From Candidatus Cloacimonadota bacterium (GTDB lineage Bacteria > Cloacimonadota > Cloacimonadia > JGIOTU-2), in contig JBNGBT010000004.1 of assembly GCA_049903315.1 (NCBI GenBank), positions 1-64,000 on the forward strand: a stretch of DNA of 64,000 nt. The letters run 5' to 3'. The notes under the pieces are model-generated. The model was not told where the DNA came from. It ran no database searches and saw only the letters and a list, made by a program, of their open reading frames with translations. Of the stretch, positions 50,809 to 59,785 are shown one piece after another. Each line of letters opens with the position of its first letter. The first letter of the stretch is position 1. Position numbers and translations under genes: made by a program.

Positions 50809-51024
50809 TTTTTTAATGTTAATAGTGTTGATTCAGCAATAAAAAAAAATTATTATATTTCAAAAGAAATTGGAATGAATTTAAAATTAGATAAATCAAA
50901 ATTCTATGTTAAACAAGTTGAAAATATTGTATTAAATGGGATTAATCACGAAAGATTAAGAAATAATCCCAGATTGATTTCTTATTTAGAATCTAAAAAA
51001 ATTATCAGAGAATTATTTGTATGA
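50809..51024 (+). pseudogene. 3' remnant of a second phosphonoacetaldehyde reductase (Fe-ADH)
   Basis: FNVNSVDSAIK...IGMNLKL...NGINHERLRNNPRLIS aligns with LEVTNVDKAVE...IGLKTKI...NGVNTSRLTNNPVLIS of 17326..18447. Starts at the IS end; ATGA-coupled to the next gene. Confidence 0.75.
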
Positions 51025-52040
51025 ATAATGAAATAAATAGTAAAGAAATTATTTTCGTAGCTGGGTTAGGATATACAGGTTCAAGTGCATTAATTGATTT
51101 AATAAAAGAAGTTGACTCGTATTTTGTTTTTGAAAATGAATTCAGATTACTAGTTGATCCTAAAGGTATTGTAAATTTACGGGATGCCTTAACAAGAAAT
51201 TGGAGTATTTTCCAAACAGATATGGCTTTAAGGGAATACGTTTTGTTTGTTAAGAACATAAGTTCAAGATTTAGAAGTCCCTATGCTTCTTTAGATCATT
51301 CAAGATATTTTGATTCTTTTCTAATAGAAGAGACAATAAAATTTATTGAAGAGCTTACTGAAATATCTTTTCGAGGATTTTGGTATGGGATTGACAATAT
51401 TATTATCCGAAAGTTAAAGAAATTTAATTTTTTCCATAAAAAAAAAATTACAACAAAATTAATGCGTGTAGGGAAAATTTTTTCAGAATCAGATTTCGAT
51501 AAAATTGCAGGAAAATATTTGAATCATTTATTTAATTTTTTATTAAATAAATATGAAAAAAAGTCAATATGTATTAACGAGAATTTTAGTTGTATGTTTC
51601 CTAAACGAATATTTAAAATAGTTAATAATTCTAAAATAATTTTAGTAGTTAGAGATCCAAGAGATGTTTATTCTTCTGGATTAAAGTCAAATGCAGTATT
51701 TGCTCCTAAAAATCCAGAAGATTTTATAAGATGGGAATTTTCTATCTACTCACGATGGCTAAAGATATTCAAACTACTTAAAGAAAATTCTACTTTTTCT
51801 CATCGGATAAAAGTTATTAAATTTGAGGATTTAATACTTAATTATAATGACACAATCAAACATATTTTTAATTTTTGTAATATACGCCAATCAGAACATA
51901 AGCAAAAGAATAAGTATTTAAAAATAACTGAATCTTCAAAAAATGTAGGACTTTGGAAACAGACATTATCAGCACAAGTTGCATGTAATATTGAGAAAAA
52001 ATTCGCGGAGTTTTATTCTTGTTTCCATTACAAAATCTAA
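51021..52040 (+). CDS. Sulfotransferase-like P-loop protein
   Basis: GLGYTGSSALIDL, VVRDPRDVY, IKFEDLI, NVGLWK. Confidence 0.75.
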   Translation: MNNEINSKEIIFVAGLGYTGSSALIDLIKEVDSYFVFENEFRLLVDPKGIVNLRDALTRNWSIFQTDMALREYVLFVKNISSRFRSPYASLDHSRYFDSFLIEETIKFIEELTEISFRGFWYGIDNIIIRKLKKFNFFHKKKITTKLMRVGKIFSESDFDKIAGKYLNHLFNFLLNKYEKKSICINENFSCMFPKRIFKIVNNSKIILVVRDPRDVYSSGLKSNAVFAPKNPEDFIRWEFSIYSRWLKIFKLLKENSTFSHRIKVIKFEDLILNYNDTIKHIFNFCNIRQSEHKQKNKYLKITESSKNVGLWKQTLSAQVACNIEKKFAEFYSCFHYKI

Positions 52041-52152
52041 CTCTAAACATTTATGATCATAAAATTTATTGGACTTCACTTCATCTTCAGTACAAATCTA
52101 ATAAATAGAGACTGAATTATAAATTGATTATTTGTAAGTAATTGGAGAATAA

Positions 52153-53331
52153 ATGAACAGAAAGCAAATTCTTAAATCGTTTAAAATATTATATGAATAT
52201 TGTGCTGTTCATAGATTTATTGGATATAGCTTATTTGATTCACACACCTCTAAAATACCTTTTACCAAACTTCCTCATAAATTATCATTTATAATTAATC
52301 AAATAGTAAAAAGATCACCAATAAATATTAGACCTGTGCTTGGAATTAGGAAGAATTTCAACCCTAAGGGAATGGGTTTGTTTCTTTATGCTTTTTCCAA
52401 AATCAAAGCAGATGATATAGTCACACTAGATAATTTAGAAGATATAATGCGTTTTTTCTTCGAATGGTTACGTGAAAATTATAGCAAGAAATATATTGGT
52501 AAAGGTTGGGGATATCATTATGACTGGCCGAAAAGTGATGGCGCATTTGTTCCTAGGAATACCCCTAACACTGTAGTAACTGCATTTAATACTAGAGCAA
52601 TTTTTGAATATTTTCAATTAACTAAAGATCCTGAAGCTTTCAATTTAATACTAGGAGCTAAAGATTTTATACTTAATAATACTTTTAAATTTTCAACATC
52701 AGATGGTATATGCTTTTCTTATACTCCTATAAAAAATGATATTACTATTAATGCCAATTTATTAGCTGCAGAGGTGTTAGCATATAGTGATTACATTCTT
52801 AAAGAAAAAAAATTCCAGGAAACAATATTAAGTGTTCTAAATTTTACGATGAATCGTCAAAATGATGATGGGTCTTGGTATTATAGTTTCAACGTGAAAA
52901 CAAATGAACCCAAAAAACAAATTGATTTTCATCAAGGCTATGTTTTGGATTCAATATATCTTTTATGTAAATATTCTACAATAGATATGGATATTTATAA
53001 AAAGAATGTTATTCGGGGTTTAGAATTTTATTTTTCAAAACAATTTGATCCATCAGGTTTTGCTTATTGGCGATATCCCCAAAAATGGCCTATTGATATA
53101 CATAATCAAAGTCAGGGTATTATTACTTTTAGTAGATTCTCAGATTTTGATAAAAAGTATCTTTCTTTTGCAAAAAAAATTGCTCATTGGACAATTAATA
53201 ATATGCAAAGTAAAAACGGTGGATTTTACTACCAAAAATGGTCATTTGTAACTAATAAAGTTTCTTACATGCGATGGAATAACGCTTGGATGCTAGTAGC
53301 ACTATCATATTTGCTGGAGAAATTAAAGTAA
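52153..53331 (+). CDS. Six-hairpin (alpha/alpha) fold protein of glycan loci
   Basis: KRSPINIRP.LG, WGYHYDW, PN.VVT, CFSYTP, QNDDGSW.Y, IDFHQGY, DIHNQSQG, YMRW. Confidence 0.65.
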   Translation: MNRKQILKSFKILYEYCAVHRFIGYSLFDSHTSKIPFTKLPHKLSFIINQIVKRSPINIRPVLGIRKNFNPKGMGLFLYAFSKIKADDIVTLDNLEDIMRFFFEWLRENYSKKYIGKGWGYHYDWPKSDGAFVPRNTPNTVVTAFNTRAIFEYFQLTKDPEAFNLILGAKDFILNNTFKFSTSDGICFSYTPIKNDITINANLLAAEVLAYSDYILKEKKFQETILSVLNFTMNRQNDDGSWYYSFNVKTNEPKKQIDFHQGYVLDSIYLLCKYSTIDMDIYKKNVIRGLEFYFSKQFDPSGFAYWRYPQKWPIDIHNQSQGIITFSRFSDFDKKYLSFAKKIAHWTINNMQSKNGGFYYQKWSFVTNKVSYMRWNNAWMLVALSYLLEKLK

Positions 53332-53336
53332 AAATT

Positions 53337-54419
53337 ATGAGAATATTGATAGATATTGGTCATCCTGCACACGTCCACTATTTCAAGAATTTTATTAAAA
53401 TAATGGAACAAAAAGGTAATAAATTCTTGATAACTGCTCGTGATAAAGAAATGACTCATTACCTATTGCAAACATATAAAATCGATTATTTTAATAGAGG
53501 AAAAGGTAGCAATTCCATATTTGGAAAGTTAAAATATTTACCAAAAGGTGTTTTAGCCATACTCAAATACTCAAGGAAATTTAAACCAGACATATTTTTA
53601 AGTTTTAGTTCTCCGTATGCTGCACAAGCCTCTCTTATTATGAACAAACCACATATTGCTTTTGATGATACCGAGCACGCTAAATTTAGCAGATTATTGT
53701 ATCGACCCTTTACAAATATTATTCTTTCACCTTCTTGTTTTAAAACTAATCTGGGAAAGAAACAAGTTAGATTTAATAGTTATATGGAATTGTGCTATTT
53801 ACATAAAAACTATTATCGAGCTAATTTTCAAATAAAAAAAATACTTGGATTGAAAGATGATGAGAAGTATGTAGTTTTAAGATTCGTTGCCTGGCAGGGT
53901 AATCATGATATTGGACATAAAGGAATAAGTGATAATTTCAAAGTTAAAATAGTTGAAGAATTTTCTAGGTATGCGAAAGTCTTTATTACATCTGAATCTA
54001 AGTTGCCGGAGAAAATCAAGAAATATGAACTTAATTTACCCTTTGAAAAAATCCATGATGTACTTGCGTCTGCCAACTTATTTTTTGGAGAGAGTGCTAC
54101 AATGGCATCCGAATCAGCAGTATTAGGAATCCCTGCAATATATATAGATGATGTTGGAAGAGGGTATACCGATGAGCAAGAATTAAAATATGGATTAGTA
54201 TTCAATTTCAGTGAATCATATGAAGACCAAAAAAAAGCCTTATCAAAAGGAATAGATATATTACGCAATTATGATTCATCTAACTGGAAGGGGTTAGGGC
54301 AGAAGTTGATTCGGGAGAAAATTGATATTACAGCTTTATTAGTTTGGCTAATAAAGGAATATCCAGAAAGTTATTATCAATTAAAAAATAATACGGAATT
54401 ACATTATAATTTCTACTAA
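53337..54419 (+). CDS. DUF354 family GT-B fold protein
   Basis: MRILIDIGHPAHVHYFK, ITARDKE, FDDTEHA, ELCYLH, GESATMASE.AVLG.PAI. Confidence 0.85.
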   Translation: MRILIDIGHPAHVHYFKNFIKIMEQKGNKFLITARDKEMTHYLLQTYKIDYFNRGKGSNSIFGKLKYLPKGVLAILKYSRKFKPDIFLSFSSPYAAQASLIMNKPHIAFDDTEHAKFSRLLYRPFTNIILSPSCFKTNLGKKQVRFNSYMELCYLHKNYYRANFQIKKILGLKDDEKYVVLRFVAWQGNHDIGHKGISDNFKVKIVEEFSRYAKVFITSESKLPEKIKKYELNLPFEKIHDVLASANLFFGESATMASESAVLGIPAIYIDDVGRGYTDEQELKYGLVFNFSESYEDQKKALSKGIDILRNYDSSNWKGLGQKLIREKIDITALLVWLIKEYPESYYQLKNNTELHYNFY

Positions 54420-54420
54420 A

Positions 54421-55980
54421 ATGCGTAAAGAAAAAAAATCACGTTACATTTTTATTGACTTAGTAATAATTTCGTTCTCATTTTTCTTTATTATTTGGTT
54501 AAAACCTGCTACAAAAAGGATATACTTCCCGCAGTATTTTCTTCCCTTTATTTTCTTCGTGTTTTTGTGGATTATATTATCTTTCCTTTTTGATAAATTT
54601 AATTTCAAGAATAAATTAACGATAAAGCATTATATTTCACCCATATTTAAAACTTCTCTTACATCATTAGCAATAATATTATCGATAATTTTTCTATTTG
54701 ATCTATTACACTACTCTAGATTAATAGTTCTTGGCACAATAATATTATGTACCGCTTTAGAGTTATTTTTTCTGTTTATTTTATTTTTACATAGGAAAAT
54801 TAAAGGTGATATTGATTTTTCTGATAGATTTACAAAACGTATTTCTTTATTAGATGATCAAGATATCGATCAAGAAATTACCAGCGAATATTCCTTTCCT
54901 GATTTAAAAAATATAGATGATTCAATATCCAGGACTCTTGTGAATAAGTATCTGATTCGCTATAAAGAATTATATAAGTTTATATTAGCTAATATAAATT
55001 TAAATGGAATCATTAAGACAAAATCATCAGTAGTAAAAACGCACACACTCTATAATATTGAACACTATGATCTAGAGTCTCAACAATTATTTATTAATCT
55101 ACATAAGATAAATGATATAAGAAGAATAAACCGTTTTTTTATTCAGGTTAATAAAAATTTACAATTTGGCGGTTACTTTGTTGGGTCTGCTGAAACAATA
55201 AAAGAAAGATATCAAAGGTACAAGAAGAAGTATCCAATAATAGTATTTCATATAATGTATGGATTAAGTTTTCTTTTTACTCGAGTTTTCCCGAAAATTC
55301 CAATTTTAAAAGAAATATATTTTGTAATTACTAAAGGTAATAATCGACAAATATCAAAAGCTGAAATTCTTGGCCGATTATCGTATTGTGGTTTCAGCAT
55401 TATTTCTGAAATCGAAGTTGAAAATTTATTTTATTTTATTGCTCAAAAGGTTCGAAAATATGAGGAGAATGAAGTACCAACATACGGACCATTGATTAAA
55501 TTAAGAAGAGTAGGAAGAGAAGGTAAATCCATTTACATTTATAAACTAAGATCTATGCATCCATATTCAGAATATTTACAGAAATATATTTGTGATATAG
55601 GAGGTGGAACAATAGATGGAGATGGTTTTAAGAAAGATTTTAGAATAACAAGCTGGGGAAGGATATTAAGAAAATTCTGGATTGACGAATTGCCAATGTT
55701 TGTGAATTTTTTTAGATCAGATTTGAAATTAGTAGGAATAAGACCTTTAAGTTATCACAAATACTGTCTTTATTCAGATAAAATGAAAAAATTAAGAGTT
55801 CAGTTCAAGCCTGGAATAATTCCTCCATTTTATGCAGACTTACCAAAAAATTTAGCAGAATTAGAGAAATCTGAATATAATTACTTGATCAAATATCAGC
55901 AAAGACCTCTTCGAACTGATTTTGAATACTTCTTTAAAGTTTGGTTTAATATTTTATTTAAAGGAGTGAGAAGCAAGTAA
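54421..55980 (+). CDS. Sugar transferase (Bac_transf; initiating phosphoglycosyl transferase)
   Basis: N-terminal TM helices; RVGREGK...YKLRSM, DFRITSWGRILRKFWIDELP, LVGIRP, KPG. Confidence 0.85.
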   Translation: MRKEKKSRYIFIDLVIISFSFFFIIWLKPATKRIYFPQYFLPFIFFVFLWIILSFLFDKFNFKNKLTIKHYISPIFKTSLTSLAIILSIIFLFDLLHYSRLIVLGTIILCTALELFFLFILFLHRKIKGDIDFSDRFTKRISLLDDQDIDQEITSEYSFPDLKNIDDSISRTLVNKYLIRYKELYKFILANINLNGIIKTKSSVVKTHTLYNIEHYDLESQQLFINLHKINDIRRINRFFIQVNKNLQFGGYFVGSAETIKERYQRYKKKYPIIVFHIMYGLSFLFTRVFPKIPILKEIYFVITKGNNRQISKAEILGRLSYCGFSIISEIEVENLFYFIAQKVRKYEENEVPTYGPLIKLRRVGREGKSIYIYKLRSMHPYSEYLQKYICDIGGGTIDGDGFKKDFRITSWGRILRKFWIDELPMFVNFFRSDLKLVGIRPLSYHKYCLYSDKMKKLRVQFKPGIIPPFYADLPKNLAELEKSEYNYLIKYQQRPLRTDFEYFFKVWFNILFKGVRSK

Positions 55981-55998
55981 GTTTGGAGTTAATATATA

Positions 55999-57078
55999 AT
56001 GAGTAAGATAAAATTTGCACTTGTAGGCTGTGGACGTATTTCAAAGAAACATATCGATGTTTTGCAAAATCACATTCAGAATAAAGCTGAATTAGTTGCA
56101 GTATGTGATCATAATAAATCACGGGCAAAAGAAGTTGGAAAGCGAACTGGTGTCCCGTATTATAATTCGTATGATGAGATGTTGACTAAACATCCTGAAA
56201 TCGATGTTGTAACCATCCTCACCGAAAGTGGAAATCATGCAAAAAATACTATTGACATTGTATCAAAATATAAAAAACATGTTGTCGTAGAAAAACCTAT
56301 GGCTCTTGATTTAGACGATGCTGACGAAATGATACGAATATGCGACGAGAATGGCGTGAAATTATTTGTGGTTAAGCAGAATAGATATAATCTTCCCGTT
56401 ATTAAGCTGCGAGAAGCACTTGAGTCTGGAAGGTTTGGTAAGATCGTTATGGGAACTGTCCGTGTAAGATGGTCAAGAGGACAATCATATTACGATCAGG
56501 ATAACTGGCGCGGAACCTGGGCTATGGATGGTGGTGTTTTTACCAATCAAGCTTCTCATCACGTTGATCTTCTCGAGTGGATGCTTGGAGAACCAGTTTC
56601 TGTATTTGCGAAATCAAGAACTGCATTAGTTGACATTGAAGTTGAAGATACTGGTGTGGCGATAATACAGTTTATGAGTGGAGCCATTGGCGTGATAGAA
56701 GCGACAACAGCCACAAGACCCGATGATTTGGAGGGCTCATTGTCGGTTCTTGGTGAAAAGGGGACAGTTGAGATAGCTGGTTTTGCAGTAAATGAAATGA
56801 AGATATGGAATTTTCAGGATAAAATTCCCGAAGATGATCAAGTTTTAACTAAATACAGGGAGAATCCACCTAATATATATGGCTTTGGGCATATCCGCTA
56901 CTTGGATAGTGTATGTGACTCTTTAATCAATAATAAAAGAGCGTTGGTTGACGGACTTGAGGGTAGGAAAAGTCTGAAACTGATATGTGCAATTTATGAA
57001 TCAATTGAAACGGGCGAAGAAGTATTTCTAAAATACAAACCGCGAAGATGCAAGCTTGGAAATCACAATGGAAAGTAA
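55999..57078 (+). CDS. UDP-GlcNAcA 3-dehydrogenase (WbpB/WlbA-like)
   Basis: GCGRIS, VEKPMAL, VVKQNRYN, WRGTWAMDGGVFTNQASH. Confidence 0.88.
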   Translation: MSKIKFALVGCGRISKKHIDVLQNHIQNKAELVAVCDHNKSRAKEVGKRTGVPYYNSYDEMLTKHPEIDVVTILTESGNHAKNTIDIVSKYKKHVVVEKPMALDLDDADEMIRICDENGVKLFVVKQNRYNLPVIKLREALESGRFGKIVMGTVRVRWSRGQSYYDQDNWRGTWAMDGGVFTNQASHHVDLLEWMLGEPVSVFAKSRTALVDIEVEDTGVAIIQFMSGAIGVIEATTATRPDDLEGSLSVLGEKGTVEIAGFAVNEMKIWNFQDKIPEDDQVLTKYRENPPNIYGFGHIRYLDSVCDSLINNKRALVDGLEGRKSLKLICAIYESIETGEEVFLKYKPRRCKLGNHNGK

Positions 57079-57544
57079 TGATCCAAAAACAGTAAATGCT
57101 TCAATTCGAGAAGTACAATTTGGGACGAATGTAACAATAATCAAACCTGTTAATTTATATGAATGCTCAATAGGTGATAATTGCTTCATCGGTCCCTTTG
57201 TGGAAATACAAAAAGGAGTAGAGGTAGGTAAAAATACAAAAATTCAGTCTCATTCATTTATTTGTGAATTAGTTGTCATAGGTGAAGGATGTTTTATTTC
57301 CCATGGGGTTAAATTTGTAAATGATCTTTTCCAATCTGGTCATCCAGCCGGTGGAGATACGAGCAAATGGAAAAAAACTGTTGTTGGCAATAATGTTTCA
57401 ATTGGAACTAATACTACCGTTCTTCCAGTAAAAATTTGTGACAATGTTGTAATTGGAGCTGGAGCAGTAGTAACAAAGAACATAACTCAATCGGGTGTTT
57501 ATGCTGGTAATCCAGCTAGACTAATCAGAGTCTTGAAAGGATGA
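57068..57544 (+). CDS. Hexapeptide-repeat N-acetyltransferase (WbpD/WlbB-like)
   Basis: IGPFVEIQK, KIQSHSFICE, GAGAVVTK, GNPAR. Confidence 0.88.
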   Translation: MESNDPKTVNASIREVQFGTNVTIIKPVNLYECSIGDNCFIGPFVEIQKGVEVGKNTKIQSHSFICELVVIGEGCFISHGVKFVNDLFQSGHPAGGDTSKWKKTVVGNNVSIGTNTTVLPVKICDNVVIGAGAVVTKNITQSGVYAGNPARLIRVLKG

Positions 57545-57545
57545 A

Positions 57546-58649
57546 ATGAGAATTCCATTTGTAGATCTTCAAATTCAATATCAATCAATAAAAGATGAAA
57601 TTGATCAATCGATTAAAGAGGTTATAGACAATACAGCTTTTATTGGAGGAAAGAAAGTAGAAGAATTTTGTGATAATTTCTCACAATATATCGAGACAAA
57701 ATATTCTATTCCAGTCGGCAACGGTACTGATGCCCTTTTTATTGCGTTAAAAGCACTCGGTATTGGACAAGGAGATGAGGTTGTCACAGTTGCGAATACT
57801 TTCATAGCAACTTCAGAAGCTGTTACTGCAACCGGAGCAAACGTTGTATTTGTAGATTGTCATCCTGATTATTTTACGATGAATTCTGCTTTAATAGAGG
57901 AAAAGATATCTGAAAGAACAAAAGCAATAATTCCTGTACATCTTTATGGACAACCAACAACGATTGAAGATATTTGTAATATTGCTCAAAAACATGACCT
58001 GTATGTTATTGAAGACAGCGCACAGGCTCATGGTGCTAAATATAATGGTAAGAAGGTGGGGACTTTTGGTGACCTTGCAACCTTTAGTTTCTACCCGGGA
58101 AAAAATCTAGGTGCTTATGGTGATGCCGGAGCTATCTTAACTGATAATCAAGATCTAGCTGATCTATGTAAAAAATTAGCCAATCATGGTAGAATTGATA
58201 AATATGATCATGAGATTGAGGGCTTTAATTCTCGTATGGATGGGATTCAAGCTGCTGTTCTGAACGTAAAGTTGAAATATATAGAAAAGTGGAATGCGCA
58301 TAGAAGGCGGGCTGCTCAAATATATGATACACTTCTCGAAAATGTAGCGGAAATTATTACACCGAAAATCTGTGATAAAACTTTGCCCGTTTATCACTTA
58401 TATGTAATTCGAGCAAAAAAAAGAAACGATTTACGACTATTTCTGAAGGAAAAAGGCATCTCTACAGGCATTCATTATCCTATTGGATTACCGTTCCTAA
58501 AAGCATATGAATATTTAGGTCATCGCCCTCAGGATTTTCCTGTAACATATAAATATCAATCAGAAATTTTAAGCTTACCAATTTATCCTGAAATTACAAA
58601 TGAAATGATCAACTATGTAGTGGATAAGATAAAGAGCTTTTATGCATAG
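57546..58649 (+). CDS. DegT-family aminotransferase (WbpE/WlbC-like)
   Basis: IPFVDL, NGTDAL, EDSAQAHGA, SFYPGKNLGAYGDAG, NSRMDGIQAA. Confidence 0.9.
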   Translation: MRIPFVDLQIQYQSIKDEIDQSIKEVIDNTAFIGGKKVEEFCDNFSQYIETKYSIPVGNGTDALFIALKALGIGQGDEVVTVANTFIATSEAVTATGANVVFVDCHPDYFTMNSALIEEKISERTKAIIPVHLYGQPTTIEDICNIAQKHDLYVIEDSAQAHGAKYNGKKVGTFGDLATFSFYPGKNLGAYGDAGAILTDNQDLADLCKKLANHGRIDKYDHEIEGFNSRMDGIQAAVLNVKLKYIEKWNAHRRRAAQIYDTLLENVAEIITPKICDKTLPVYHLYVIRAKKRNDLRLFLKEKGISTGIHYPIGLPFLKAYEYLGHRPQDFPVTYKYQSEILSLPIYPEITNEMINYVVDKIKSFYA

Positions 58650-59742
58650 CAATAGAGTTCCAGTTAAGAAAATTTATTCTTTGATCAACACCGTATTTCT
58701 AAAATTAGGTGTTCCTATAGATGATGCACATATTTGCACTGAAGTCCTAATTGCATCAGATCTTAGCGGTATTGAGTCTCATGGTATCGGTCGCCTCAAA
58801 ATGTATTATGATCGTATCATAGCAGGTATTCAAAATCCAATAACCAAAATTGATGTAATAAAGGACAGGGCTGCAATTGCTGTATGGGATGGCAATCATG
58901 GTATGGGACAAGTGATCAGTCATCAGGCAATGCTAGCTGCCATTGATAAAGCTAAAGAATATGGCGTTGGTATCATAACCGTGAGGAATTCTACACATTA
59001 TGGCATAGCTGGGTATTATGCAAAATTAGCATCAGATAATGACATGATTGGCATTACAATGACGAATGCGCGCCCATCAGTTGCACCATTATTTGGAGTG
59101 TCACCAATACTGGGAACAAATCCGATTGCTTTTTCTACACCAACTAATATGGACTATCCTTTTCTTTATGATGCGGCAACTTCAATAAGTCAGAGGGGAA
59201 AGATTGAGGTGCTTAATCGTGAAGGCAAATCAACACCTGATATTTGGGCTATTGATAATTCAGGTAATCCTTGTGATGATACCGAGGAACTATTGATTGA
59301 ACTGTTACAAAAGAAAGCTTCTCTTGTAGCTTTAGGAGGAAGGGAAGAAATTACCGGTGGTCATAAAGGATATGGATTAGGTGTTATTGTTGAAATTTTA
59401 AGCAGTGCTCTGCAGAACGGCGCATACTTATATCAACTTTCGGGGTTAGAAAAAGATAAACAAGTTCCATATAAATTAGGACATTTCTTCATGGCTATAG
59501 ATATTGATTCCTTTACTGATATAGGATCATTCAAAAAAATAACAAGTGATATTATAAAACAAATTAAAAATTCAAAACGAGAACCCGAAAAGGATAATAT
59601 ATTTATTGCTGGCGAGAAAGAATATTTAAAAGAAAAAGAAGTAAGAAAAATAGGTATACTAATTAATAATGAACTACGAAAGAATCTTGAAGTAATGATT
59701 TATGAATTAGATATTAATTTTACATTTGATGACTATAACTAA
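58642..59742 (+). CDS. Ldh_2 family (malate/L-lactate/sulfolactate dehydrogenase-like) oxidoreductase
   Basis: DL.GIESHG..RL..Y, DG..GMGQ, RNSTHYG.AGYY, GTNPIA, DAATS, GHKGYGL. Confidence 0.9.
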   Translation: MHSNRVPVKKIYSLINTVFLKLGVPIDDAHICTEVLIASDLSGIESHGIGRLKMYYDRIIAGIQNPITKIDVIKDRAAIAVWDGNHGMGQVISHQAMLAAIDKAKEYGVGIITVRNSTHYGIAGYYAKLASDNDMIGITMTNARPSVAPLFGVSPILGTNPIAFSTPTNMDYPFLYDAATSISQRGKIEVLNREGKSTPDIWAIDNSGNPCDDTEELLIELLQKKASLVALGGREEITGGHKGYGLGVIVEILSSALQNGAYLYQLSGLEKDKQVPYKLGHFFMAIDIDSFTDIGSFKKITSDIIKQIKNSKREPEKDNIFIAGEKEYLKEKEVRKIGILINNELRKNLEVMIYELDINFTFDDYN

Positions 59743-59785
59743 TCAAGGAATAAGAATCATTATTACTAAATATATAGGCAGAGCG

